DNA of 64,000 nucleotides, from NCBI GenBank assembly GCA_951406725.2, contig OX597814.1, positions 47,988,001 through 48,052,000 of the forward strand. Direction: 5' to 3'. Position numbers and translations under genes: made by a program. The DNA comes from Octopus vulgaris (lineage: Eukaryota). Under the pieces are notes generated by a model. The model did not search any database. It was given only the letters and a program-made list of their open reading frames with translations, and was not told where the DNA came from. Positions within the stretch are counted from its first letter, which is position 1. Each line of letters begins with the position of its first letter. Shown here piece after piece: positions 27,018 to 39,769 of the stretch.

Positions 27018-27502
27018 ACAAATAATCAATGCTCAAGTCTACTGTCGGCAATTAGAGCATTTGAACCAAGCTTTGAAGAAAAAAGATCTGCTATAGTGAA
27101 TTGAAAATGAGTGGTGTTTCATCATTAGGACAATGTGCGACACCACACTGCAAAAATCACATCACAGAAGATCGAAGAGCTTGGTTGGGAAAAAATTCCT
27201 CATCCACCTTATTCTCCCAACCTTGTTCCTTCAGCCTACCATTTGTTTCATAGTTTACAGAATCATTAGGGGGACATAACTTTCACAAGCCAGGAGGAGG
27301 TCGAAACTGACATTTCAGAGTTCTTCGCTTTGAAACCAAAAGAGTTTTACATTGATGGGATTAAAAAGCTTGTAAATAGATGGAAGGAAGTCATAGATAA
27401 TCAGGGAAAATATATTGATGATTAAATTTCAATTAGATATAACATTTGATCACTTGTTTTCTTTATTCAAAATTTGAATAGAACTTATGGGATGACCTGA
27501 TA
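27018..27502 (+). mobile_element. Mariner transposon remnant (3' half plus right TIR)
   Basis: INAQVYCRQLEHL...DNVRHHTAKIT...LGWEKIPHPPYSPNLVPSAYHLFHSLQNH...GIKKLVNRWKEVIDNQGKYIDD* (stop 27423-27425). Ends GAACTTATGGGATGACCTGATA followed by TA. Confidence 0.92.
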
Positions 27503-29500
27503 TATCCAGTCTTTCTGATGGTTTATTGCTTAACAATACTCAATGATAAAGGCACAAATACAAAAACACATCCATGTATATACAGTGACAGTTTATTTTT
27601 ATGTTTATCATCATTTTACAGTTGTCTCTTTTTTTAATACTGGCATGGTGTTGGATAGGTCACAACAGTTTGTGTCAACTTGTTCACACAGCAACAGAAG
27701 GGGGAAAAAAGTCTTGTGTATGTTTTAGGTGCAGGAGAACTAACAAGTCTCTTTTAGATGCAGGACAACTAACAAGTCTTTTTATTCAAATTTACTGCCT
27801 TCCTAGGTTGGTAGCTTATGATATGGCTTACAGAATCTACATCTTGCTTTTATGTTCCATTTTTAGCATGATTTCTGTTGCTGGATGTCTTTTTTTATCA
27901 CCAGCTATTTTGCAGAGTGTATTGGGTGCATTTTATTGTGCTACAGGCGCAAGAGAGATTATTTTATATAAAGGATACTAAAGAGCTCACTTTACTGTCA
28001 GTTGTTATTCAGAGTTACTGCTCTCCTTGACAGAATATATGTATTCACAAGGGAATAATATTAATTTCGTATATGGCTAAGCTTGGTTTAGTGATATTTT
28101 GTTAAAAATTTTTTTTTCAATTAGTTGTAATTCTTTTTTTACTATGTCCATAACTGAATTAGATTCTCAATCTCACAGAAATTATACAACAGACCCCTCT
28201 TCTTCAGTGATGCATTGCGACAGTGTAAAAGCCATTCAGATGGATGGGTAATAGCACATGACGATCACTATAAAATATTTCTAATTGAGTGGTCATAATG
28301 TGAATCCTTCTGGATCTATTTGTCACAGAGGGGAAGATTGCTGATGCAATTTTGCCTAGTGACAGTGTAAAATAAATGATTCCTAAAGGAATAACATTTT
28401 GTTTAGTGGTTGTTCAATTGTAATCAGAGTCATCGTAGGTGGGAGTATATGTCATGTACAGATGAGCTATATGTTAAAAAAAAAACAAAAAGAAAAATGA
28501 ATTTGCTTATTTTTATCTCGGATGAAATATCTTTCTCTCAAACACCATACTGAGATGGAAATTGCAAGACGGTTTTAGACAGTATAAATGGGGAAAAAAT
28601 ATAAGAAAAGAAAAATATGAGTTGAGAATTTAATATTTCACCCGGTCTCAAATTGTGGTCTTGACAACACTGCATTGTTGTTTAGATATTGTTTTTTGAA
28701 AGAAGATGAAATAAACAAGCAAATAATATTGACACCTAATTATTTGACATCACTGACAGCAGTGCTTATAAAGCATGACCTACATCAAGGCTGCTACCTG
28801 TCATCATCAGTATTGATAGCGTTATTATAATAAATATTTCTTACCATGGTAGTTTGAAACCCAACATTTTCAGTTCAACTCAAGTCGATTCTAACATATT
28901 TCACTCATTCACATTACAGGTTTATATCAGTATAATTATGCATCTAAATTCTTTTTGAATTTCTAGATTGTTATAGGATACTGCTTTAACAAAAGATACA
29001 ATGTATTATCAAGTGAAGCCTGTTGAGAGAATTACATTTCAATTTAAACTACAGAAGACTTGCTTAAAAATAACTAATCAGTAAGTGGATAAATAAGGGA
29101 ACACAGCACAAGCATACTGTAGTCTGCATTTAAGAGAAAACCATCTGACAGCTTGGCAAAGAATCATCAATACACTACAACTTGTGGCCCACAGATGCAC
29201 TGTTTCTTCACTCTGCTTATTCTTTCATATAATCAAGTGCAGTTGTAAACACACAGAGGAGCACACATACACATAAATGCAGGTATGGCTGTTTTGCTAA
29301 GAAGTCTGATTCTCCACTATGTGGTTTGGGATTCAATCTCACTAAGTAGCACCTTAGACAAGTGTCTTCTACCATAGTCTTGAGATGACCAAAGCTTTGT
29401 GAGAAGCTCATTGTGTGTGTGTGTGTGTGTTTTGTTTTAAGTTGCCATGAAATGTTGTGAAGATAGTCTTATGTTATGGCACAATTTTATTTTTATATAT

Positions 29501-29836
29501 ATCATCATCATCATCATTTAACGTCTGTTTTCCATGCTAGCATGGGTTGGACAGTTCGATTGGGGTCTGGGAAGTCAGGAGGCTGCACCAGGCTCCAGTC
29601 TGATCTGGCAGTGTTTCTACAGCTGGATGCCAACCACTCTGTGAGTGTAGTGGGTGCTTTTTATGTGCCACCGGCACAGGGGCCAGAGGAAGCTGGCAAA
29701 TGGTCACAATTGGTTGATGCTTTTATGTGTCACCAACACAGACGCTAGTCAGGCGGCGCTGGCATCAGCCACACTTGGACAGTGCTTTTTACATGTCACC
29801 GGCATGGGTATCTTAACTACAATTTCCATTTGATTT
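29501..29836 (-). mobile_element. RTE-type 3' UTR retroposon copy
   Basis: Reverse complement of 52129-52487, including the same 5' boundary (AAATGGAAATTGTAGTT). Confidence 0.9.
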
Positions 29837-29843
29837 CTATTTT

Positions 29844-30007
29844 TATCATCATCATCATCATCGTTTAACGTCCGCTTTCTATGCTGGCATGGGTTGGACG
29901 ATTTTGACTAAGGGCTGGCGAACCAGATGGTTGCACCAGGCTCCAGTCTTGATTTGGCAGAGTTTCTACAGCTGGATGCCTGTAGAAACTCTGCCAAATC
30001 AAGACTG
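29844..30007 (-). mobile_element. Short RTE-type tail ending in a 28-bp perfect foldback
   Basis: (CAT)n tail. 29944-29971 and 29980-30007 are exact reverse complements. Confidence 0.9.
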
Positions 30008-30019
30008 TATATATATATA

Positions 30020-30513
30020 CAGTAATCCCTCAACTATCGTGGATATTACATTCCAAAACCCTCTGTGATAGGTGAAAATCTGCAAAGTAGAATCAGTACC
30101 GTACTGTATATTTAAAAAAATTATTTTTATAATTTGTATATATTTTATTGTAAATGCAAAACAATACCACACATTCGCCTCCCAAGTTTTGTTTTCCATA
30201 CAGTATGTGCAATTCTTTGTTTACTCATTTACAGAGTACACTACATATTTTCTTTTGATATATTCTAATTAATGTGTCATACAGTGCAGTACTGTACTGT
30301 ATTTTTATTTATTAATTTATTAATTATTAGGCATGAAAATGCTTATTCTACCACAGAAATAATTAAAATCTAAAAAAATATGAATACCTATCGGCCACAG
30401 AAACCCATGATATACTGAGGAGTCTGTGATATAAATTTACATATATTAGTCAGAAAAATCTGCGATGTACTGAGGGTGTGATAGGTGAACCACAATATGG
30501 CACGTGATTTCTG
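30020..30513. mobile_element. pogo/Tigger-like non-autonomous DNA transposon (MITE)
   Basis: TA|CAGTAATCCCTCAACTATCGTGG ... CCACAATATGGCACGTGATTTCTG degenerate TIRs. Repeated subterminal GTGATAGGTGAA and AAAATCTGC motifs. Confidence 0.72.
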
Positions 30514-30549
30514 TGTGTGTGTGTGTGTGTGTGTATACATATATATATA

Positions 30550-30782
30550 TATTTCTTTACTACCCACAAGGGGCTAAACACAGAGGGGACAAACAAGGAC
30601 AGACAAACGGATTAAGTCGATTACATCGACCCCATTGCGTAACTGGTACTTAATTTATCGACCCCAAAAGGATGAAAGGCAAAGTCGACCTCGGCGGAAT
30701 TTGAACCCAGAACGTAACAGCAGACGAAATACGGCTACGCATTTCGCCCAGCGTGCTAACGTTTCTGCCAGCTCGCCGCCTT
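30550..30782 (-). mobile_element. SINE family B, full length, young
   Basis: Reverse complement reads AAGGCGGCGAGCTGGCAGAAACG...GGGTTCAAATTCCG...GTAAAGAAATA. CpG-rich and inserted in a TA/TG microsatellite. Confidence 0.93.
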
Positions 30783-31206
30783 TTATACATGTATATGTAT
30801 ACTTGCCGTGTATACATATATATAGGTGTGTGTATGTATGTGTGTGTGTATTTTTTGTGTATATTTTATATATGCGTGATGGATGATGTAGTGTTGGTTA
30901 TGTAACTAACATGGATTATAAAATGGCTGTCAACAAATTGAATAAACATCTGTTCTTTCATTCTACTTATTTGATAAATTTTTACACACACACACACAAG
31001 CAAGTGTTACCTGTTATATGATAGCTAACTTTGGAAGTATACTTTTGCCACCATGGTTGACATCAGAAAATACAGCATATGTACAATAATTTCTTGGTGC
31101 TTGTACAAAATGATGAAGTGAATTCTAACTTTCAAACAGAAACTATTACCTTAAAATAAAATAAATTTCGTATTTGTATAATTCTTACCATAACTACTCT
31201 GTCATT

Positions 31207-31208
<2 letters not shown>

Positions 31209-31245
<37 letters not shown>

Positions 31246-31276
31246 TCTTTTTCTTCCTTCATCCTGTACCTCTGTT

Positions 31277-31320
<44 letters not shown>
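31209..31320. repeat. Two (CT)n microsatellites
   Basis: Runs at about 31209-31242 and 31279-31320. Confidence 0.95.
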
Positions 31321-31325
<5 letters not shown>

Positions 31326-31402
31326 TCTTTCTATGTGATTTTTCCAGTCATGCTGGAGAAATCAACAAACAAGTTAACATTTATATCAACTATTATGATA
31401 TG

Positions 31403-31433
<31 letters not shown>

Positions 31434-31775
31434 TGTGTAATATCTCTTTCTCTTGAGATTGAATGTTTATTGTAAATGAATCTTATCATTTGCTTGCTGT
31501 GTTCTTTGAAACCACGCTTAACCATTGTATTGTTCAAATTCAAAGGACTAGGAAAAATATTAACCTTACTTGGAAATAGGCGATGGTTGGCAACAAGAAG
31601 GGCATTTGGTTATAGAATTTCTGCCTCATTGAATTTTTTCTGACCTATGCCAGTGTAGGAAAGTGAACATTATGATGATAATGGTGTAATATATAGATAC
31701 ATTAGGCTTCTTTTCAATCTCTCTCTCTTTTCTTCTGCATGCTCATGCTCACACACACACACACACACACACAAG

Positions 31776-31816
<41 letters not shown>

Positions 31817-32549
31817 TTACTTTTTAAATATAACTACTAGTGAAAGTGATGATGATGAATCACTGAAGTTAAAAGGCAAACTACTTGAAAAATTATTAGA
31901 TGAGACAATATTACCTTCAGCTGAGCACACAAAGTATCGATCCAATATATTAAGATGAAATATTTTTATTAAAAGAATGGATAAAATTTTAATACAGTTA
32001 GATTTGCAAAAGTTGCATATTTGCAAATTTGTGCTAAGTGTTTGTAAATACAGACATCCTGTTAGTAAAAAGCATCAATCTGTCAAATTGAAAATGGAAT
32101 CTTTTCTATGGTGGATGTTTTCTGTGGTAGTGGTTGGTGGTTGCGTATATGCTGAAGAAAAGGGTGAAGTGAGATAATATAGTTGGAAAGTGTTGGTATG
32201 AGAGAAAACGTAAAAAAATAAATGAACAAGCAAAACAAGGAAACAAAAACCTTATGTGGCAGTGGGTAGCTGATTTTGTTCTAGGTCAGTAGATCTACAA
32301 AATGACAACAGGCAGTCAGTGTATAAGGAAAGAGTAGAAACATGAATTCTTAAAGACAAGGTCTAATAAGATTGAAAGGATTTTAAAGAGAGAGAGAGAG
32401 AGAGAGAGAGAGAAAATAAAAGAAGTAATCTAGAAACTTTTCCTACTAGAGACTCTCCTTAAACATTGTTCAGATTATATAGCAGTTCTTTTTGTTAGTT
32501 CCTACGTTTCAACTTATTATATACACACTGTAAGAAAAAAAGAAGTAAA

Positions 32550-32594
<45 letters not shown>

Positions 32595-33544
32595 ATGCAC
32601 ATGTGTTTGTGTCTTTCCCCTGTCTGATAAATGAATTGAGTTTGAAGAGAGAAGTAATACAAACAAAAGAAAAACAATGAAAGAAAACACAAAAAGAAGA
32701 AAGGAACAGGGTATTAGGAAGATATGAAAGAAGGCTTGCAATACATTTATCTTAATTTTGTTTCGGACTTTTAGTATGGGAGCCATTAAACATACTGTTT
32801 AGTTATCTCCTTCTCATCATTTTAATGTCCATTGTCCAAGCTGGCATTTGTTTCACTATCTTAATGATGTACCAGCTATTGGTAGGGTTCACTAACTTCC
32901 CAATGTTACATGTTATGGTACAGTACATTTCACTATCATCTCAATTTTACCTGGTCCTTAGTTATTTCCATCTTCAGTACAAAAAAAAAAGCAAACAAAA
33001 AAACAAAAAAAAAAAAAAACCAGGCTTAGCTAATTTGTTCTAGTTTGAGAATAAATTACTTTTGCACATTATCTGCTTTAAAAATAACTAAGTTTGTTGT
33101 TAGTAATGCAGAAAGTGTTAGAAAGCTTACTAGGAAAAAAATGTGGTGAGGAAAAATTAATTTTAATCATTAATTGTCATAAATATTGACTCTTTTGACA
33201 AGTAAGTCTCCCATACTTACTGAAAGAATCTAATGAACTGTACGAATATGTACACTTGTAGGCAGGCGTAGAAAGATATTCACAGGATAAATTATTCTTA
33301 GATGCCATCAACATGAAACAACTCACCCCACCAAGAAAATAAATTAGTCAATGACTAATATTTTCTTTGTATAATCTTTTGACGCATTGAATGCACTAAG
33401 ACTAACTCAGATGTTATTTTGTTCTGAGATTTTTACTATATCTTTGTCATTGGTTCCTGTAGAATTGATAGAGAATCAATCAAATGCCTTGCAGTATTTG
33501 GTCAAACCTTCATGTCTTGAGTTCAAATCTCATTAGGTTCACGT

Positions 33545-33866
33545 TTGCAGGGTCATGCCCTCCGTCGTCAACCAGGAGAATTCATCTACGAAGCACTTGC
33601 CCCAGCTCCCCTTCAGGGTTGGCGAAAGCGATGTGGTGGACAACGAAAAACCTGGCTGATGACAGTCAAGGCTGATCTGAAACCCAACCTAGGCCCCCGT
33701 ATCTACGGCATTCGCCGCTAGAATAAGGAGTGGTTGGAGATCACACAGTCGTTCGCCTCAAATCGCCAGGTCTGGTCAGCGTTTGTGAGTGATGTCAGCA
33801 TTGAGGATGAATAAAGCCAGCTCAACCCACCCTGGGTGAATGCTATCTCAAGACAAGACAAGACAA
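33545..33866 (+). mobile_element. RTE-clade LINE 3' end with (CAAGA)n tail
   Basis: GHALRRQPGEFIYEAL / PAPLQGWRKRCGGQRKTWLMTVKADLKPNLGPRIYGIRR*NKEWLEITQSFASNRQVWSAFV is the RTE C-terminal pattern. Ends CAAGACAAGACAAGACAA. Confidence 0.8.
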
Positions 33867-34887
33867 TGACTAGTTTGTTACTAAAACTTTCCAAAGAAAC
33901 CATTGTGGTAGGCATAACAGATGTGGATAGACTTATATGTGATGTTGCATAGTATGAACTAAAGACTAAGGGTTTAGTTATTTAGTACTGTTTATCCATC
34001 TCTCAGTTTTGTTGATGCATTGTTCATATATAACTGCTTTCTCCAGATATCTCTGAAAGTCTATTGCACCAATTTATTTGCAAATGTAAAGCTGTTACTT
34101 TTTCTCACTCAGCTGTATAGAACTACATCTTTGTGGTTTCAAGTTTCAATTCTTTTGGCACTGATTTGGCTTTAACATTTATAATGGCTAATAAAAATGT
34201 ATCGATGATGCATTAGGACAAGTAATCAAATTCACAAGAGTTGGTGGAGAAGCAAAAAGTATATGCTTGTCGAAATAATGGATGACATTTACAGGTAGTC
34301 CATGAAATTAGAAAAGAAACAAACATTTCCTTCATAGTTAACACAATATTTTACCTGGTTTTTTAGTAGAGTAAATCTAACACAAGTTATGCTAAGAATC
34401 TGTCAGTAGCTAAAATACCAGAAATACTAAAATTTGTGGAACAAACCTCTTCTTTTTCTATGTCAATAAACTGACTGTTTATCTCTGCATCATGAGAGCT
34501 TCAAGTAATACTATAGGTAGTATTACTCTGATTACATTATTTATAAATGCCACCTGTTTAAGTGTTACCATTTTCATTAAGGTATATGTATTTGTATGTA
34601 CATCTGTATATTTTTTTTTTATTAAGCACAAGGTTGATTTTTGTGGGAGGAGTATTGTTGATTGGCGTGATGCTAATGTTTAACCCTGCTCTTAGTTTAT
34701 TTACGTTGAAGGATGAAAAAGCAAGGCAAACTCTCTTGCCAATTTCCTACCTTCATTTATTTAATTAAAAATTCTTTTACATTTTCATTGTTTTGTATAA
34801 GATGTTTTTTATTTTTGTATTTATGAAGAACAAAGTATATTGTATTTGTTTGTTAAAAGTTTCTCAAACATCTATTTTATATTGCAG

Positions 34888-34916
34888 GTGAGTATTTAAA
34901 GAAAATATTAGCATTG
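34888..34916 (+). other. Candidate recursive splice site or 29-nt exon
   Basis: T-rich tract ending TTTTATATTGCAG|GTGAGTA, with a second donor TTG|GTAAGA at 34917. Confidence 0.35.
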
Positions 34917-35199
34917 GTAAGAATATATTTATTTTTCCCACTTGTATAGTTAATAAAAGAGGTTGTCATTCTTGGTACCCTGTGTGATGTAATTTTATAT
35001 CTTTATTGTGTGTGTTTGCCAGTAGTTGAGCATTAAACAGGGTACAAAAAAAAATTAATGATTCAAACCAAACTTTTATATTGAAATTACAAATCATGCT
35101 ATGAGTTTCTTTTTTATTTATTTTTTTTTTACCCGTTATAAGTCAAATTTACTCTAGAAATTGTCTCTTGTATTATTTAATTACTTAATAGATATTTAA

Positions 35200-35383
35200 C
35201 CTTTTAGCACTTCAACAAGACATACCTGGCCCAAATATTCTGTTTTATGTTCAAATCAGCTAGATCCTGCCTCTTACACCTACCCTACAATATCATTCAA
35301 AAAGCAAACAACCACATCATTGACATTTTGAAGCTATGTAAATAAAACATTACATTTGACTGAATAGTCTGAATGCTAAATGG
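35200..35383. mobile_element. piggyBac-type MITE, family 2
   Basis: TTAA|CCTTTTAGCA...TGCTAAATGG|TTAA. Internal homology to the 23385 copy. Confidence 0.8.
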
Positions 35384-37040
35384 TTAAGTAAATTTAGTAG
35401 AAAAAAAACATATATATATATAACAGAAATATACATGTATTTACTCTAGGATTCCTTAGGAATGTATTCTTCTATTATTAATGTTTACACCTATTATTAA
35501 TATTTTGTGTAATGTGCCGATTGTAATCCTTTCTGAGTGATGTAGTATTTGTTTGATCTGTAACATTTTCTTATCTTTTCAACTTAAACTTATTCATATA
35601 TATCTGGAAGCACATAAATATATATAGTTTTTAAAACTCTATTTGTACTCTTCTAATTCTGGGAAGGTTGTTCTAATTTATTTGAATGTTTGAAAATCAC
35701 TTTCCATTTACTGTCTTATTCTTTCCTTGTTAATGTGTATTTGGGTAAATATAAATACATTTAAGTGTTGGTTTTCATATTGTAGAAGCTTGTACTGTGA
35801 TTATATTTGTGTAAATAAGGATAAGAATGAGGAAGAAAGAACATGTGTATGTGTGTGTGCCTGTACACACATTAAATAATGAATGAAACCCAGTGAAGAC
35901 TGTTGAAATGAAACAAGATGTAACTATTATTCCTTAAAGCTGACATCACTTGCAAAAGAAAATTGCTTTTAAGTAAATATAAATCAATAATTAGGTAAAT
36001 GTTAAAGCAGTGAAAAAAATAAGCTAACAAGTTAAATACTTTCTATACTCCTTTCTTTAACATTCATTTAGTTGCTATTTCTGTTTACTATTATCTATAT
36101 ACTATTGTTTGTCATTTATTTGTTATTATTGACTCTCTCGTTTAGAGAAAATCTGTAATGTTGGCTGTTCTGATTACTGGATCTGTAAATACAAACTTTG
36201 ACTATCTCAAAGTGATAAATAATCTTTATTTATCGCTTCAAAAATATTTAATGAAAAACCTTGTATATTTTCTAATCTTTTTGCTTTGACTAAGTATAAC
36301 CACTTAGCCAGTGGACTTATTATTAAACATTTTTATTTTGCGTTGAAAGATTATACTTAAAATTTTGAGTAATTTACTCAACAATTTTCTATGGATTTTT
36401 AAAAACATTTTTTTACGTCACCAAAGACTGATGGTAAAAACAAGTTGCAAAAATGAACAATTTCTTTGCTCAAAAATCAAGTGCATTAATGTTGGCACTC
36501 AAATCTAAATTACTGAATTAACAATTTCTATGAGATTCGTTTTTCTCCTGAGAGATCAAACCTGAGCTTCTAAAAAATTGCAGCTTTTACAATTAAGTCA
36601 TGTGTACAGCTTCACTTGTATTAACTTGGAATTAAACTATTAATATACATACACACATATGGCCATGTGATTAAGAAGTTTGCTTTGCAACCATGTGGTT
36701 TTCCACTGCATGCTACTGAAGGTGTTGTCTTTTACAGCACCAAGCTTAAGAATGCTGTGTGAGGGAATTTGGTAGACAGAAACTACAGGAAACCTGTCTT
36801 GTGTGTGTGCGTGCATGTGTACGCACTGTGAACTTCCTTCCTGTAGTTTTGTCTGTTAAATTCCCCTACCCAGCTGGGTTTATAATAGAAGACACCCAAA
36901 GCACCATTGTTGTAAGAGCCAACCCAAAACCACATGGTTGCAAATTGAACTTCTTAACTTAACTTATCTACACAGCCGTTTATTAATGGTTCAATCTCAA
37001 ATTAATCTAACAGGAAATTTAGACTTTTCTGTAGAAGCAT

Positions 37041-37412
37041 AGGCATAGGAGTGGCTGTGTGCTAAGTAGCTTGCTTACGAACCACATGGTTCCAGGTTCA
37101 GTCCCACTGCATGGCACCTTGGGCAAGTGTCTTCTACTATAGCCTCAAGCCAACCAAAGCCTTGTGAGTGGATATGGTAGACGGAAACTGAAAGAAGCCC
37201 ATCGTATATATGTTTATAAATATATGTATGTATGTATGACAACTGATGCTGGTGTGTTTATGTCCCTGTAGCTTAGTGGTTGAACAAAAGAGACCGATAG
37301 AATAAGTACTAGGCTTACAAAGAATAAGCCCTGGGGTCAATTTGCTCAACTAAAGGCTGTGCTCCAGCATGGCCACGGTCAAATGACTGAAACAAATAAA
37401 AGAGTAAAAGTG
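37041..37412 (+). mobile_element. SINE family A, full length
   Basis: Highly similar to 38115-38529, with a short internal deletion. Confidence 0.93.
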
Positions 37413-38114
37413 TAAGAAGCAACATTTGATCTCTTCTGACTGATGTGTGTGTGTGTGAGAGAGAGAAAGAGAGAAGCATGTGGCCTAATGATTAGGGTGT
37501 TTGGCTCATGATTATAGCGTTATGGATTCAATTTCTGGACCAAAAGGCATATGTCTTTGTGTTGCTCCAGTACATGTGTGTGAGGTGTGTGTGCATAAGT
37601 GTGGATGAATGTTCAAATTCCATGCTTATTGCAGCTTGTGTGAAGCTGTAATGATGTTCACATTCTTTGTAGATGTTATGATCACTGACTCTGTATTTTA
37701 AAAGACCTTTGAAATTAAGATATTCCTTACTTGAAAAACAGGTATGAATTGGCAACAGGAACAATATTGGGCCTCAAATAACTCCCCATCAAAACTTATG
37801 CTAGCATGGAAAAATAGATATTTAGTAAACAAATTAAACTACTATGGACAGTATGAGAGTAGCTGTTAATGAAGTAAGTGGTCCTTGAGAAGTGAGAGTC
37901 ACATTAAAGAATAGAAAACCTTTTGTATTTTTGAACAGTGGAACATATGAGAAGGTTATTCTCTTCCTTGTGATGATATTGAAATAAAATGAAAAGTTGT
38001 TGGCACTAGAAAGAGAACATCAATGTAAATTAGTGGTTTATATATCTGTTAAGTAAATGTTTCTGAAGTCATGAGGTTTTCTTATTTCTGATGGGGCTTT
38101 CTTGTTTCTGTTGA

Positions 38115-38529
38115 AGGCGCAGGAGTGGCTGTGTGGTAAGTAGCTTGCTTACCAACCACACGGTTCTGGGTTCAGTCCCACTGCGTGGCATCTTGGGCAA
38201 GTGTCTTCTATTATAGCCCCGGGCCGACCAATGCCTTGTGAGTGGATTTGGTAGACAGAAACTGAAAGAAGCCCGTCGTATATATGTTTATATATATGTG
38301 TATATATATATGTATTTGTGTGTATGTCTGTGTCTGTGTTTGTCCCCCTAGCGTTGCTTGACAACCGATGCTGGTGTGTTTACGTCCCCGTCACTTAGCG
38401 GTTCGGCAAAAGAGACCGATAGAATAAGTACTGGGCTTACAAAGAATAAGTCCCGGGGTTGATTTGCTCGACTAAAGGCAGTGCTCCAGCATGGCTGCAG
38501 TCGAATGACTGAAACAAGTAAAAGAGTAA
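38115..38529 (+). mobile_element. SINE family A, best-preserved copy (tRNA-derived head, CORE-like block, internal microsatellite); probably one of the octopus OK/OR SINE families
   Basis: A box TGGCTGTGTGG, B box GGTTCAGTCCC, CTTGGGCAAGT (CORE-like), (TA/TG)n, tail GACTGAAACAAGTAAAAGAGTAA. More than 10 homologous pieces in the window. Confidence 0.95.
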
Positions 38530-39404
38530 TATATTCATTTTTGGAGTGGGGGAGGAAAAATATAATTCAAGTGAGATACGAAGTTCAAAATATCATTTAT
38601 AATAGTTTTTATAAGAAAGCCAATCTTGACAAATAGTTGAGCAGTTGTCATGGAAATTGTCGCCCCAAGAAGGAATCTTTTTTTTTTTCCTCGTTTTTTG
38701 AGACTCAATTAAATCTGCAGTGCCTCTTTATTTTTAGTCTGCACTTATTCAGCAGAATGCAAAAACTATACCTGAGTTTTTAAGACTCCACTAGTTTCTT
38801 TCACTCACTTTTTACTGAATAGCAGAAATCTACTTAAAAAGAATTAGTGTTATATCTTTTCAGTGCTATTTTGTTTGTTTTGTTATGTTTTTTTTCACAA
38901 AGAATAAGAATAAGGAAAAGTAATAATCTTATAAAAAAGAGAATACCTACTAAAGAAAACACTCATAGAACATAGGAGGCAACATGTGCCATTCTAATCT
39001 CAGATTCTGCTTTGGAAGAATTCAATTAAAGAAAGCAATGTATTGAATAAAAGGTGAGTGGGGTATAATGAATAGCTGTTATCTTTAGAACTTTCAGCTT
39101 AAGCAACCCAAATCCAAAGAAACATGGGGTGGAGTTTTCTGGGATGAATGGGCCAGCATAGAAATAAAGAAGAATAAAAATCAATATAAATAAAATGGTA
39201 ATTTAAGAAAGAAGAAAGTAAAGAACATCAGAGAAAATTTCTACAGAAATGATGAATTAAAAATGAGTCATTGTTTCGATGCAGCACTATATGTTGGCTA
39301 AACTGTCAAAAGCTCACAGATTGGCTAATAATCTTATCTTTCTTGCTTTTTAAGTTATCTTATTTTGATATATATTTCTTTTATTAATTACATGCAGTAG
39401 TAGT

Positions 39405-39455
<51 letters not shown>

Positions 39456-39732
39456 CATTTAATGTTGACTGTTTGAAGGGGGAAAGAGTGCTTGATACTA
39501 TAGTAAAAACTAATGATTATTTTATTTTGATTGAGTTGGTCTCTTGTCTGAAGAACTGGGGTACGCACTGGTGAAACTAAGAGTAGCAAGAGATTAATTT
39601 AACCAAAATAATATATATATACGCATATCTTTCTTCTGTCTCTGTCTCTCTGTACACTTCTATTAGTATATTATAGTATATTAGTATGTGTTCTTTTGTT
39701 AGTATGTATGTGTTCTTTCATGTGTAAACGTG

Positions 39733-39769
<37 letters not shown>

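Noticed and set aside
28190-28215. CCCTCTTCTTCAGTGAT, similar to the ribozyme core at 57304-57321
   Set aside because: No matching GAAA or stems at the required distance.
33654-33690. CTGATGA...GAAA hammerhead-like motif
   Set aside because: Stem II does not abut GAAA, there is no stem III or NUH, and it lies within RTE coding sequence.
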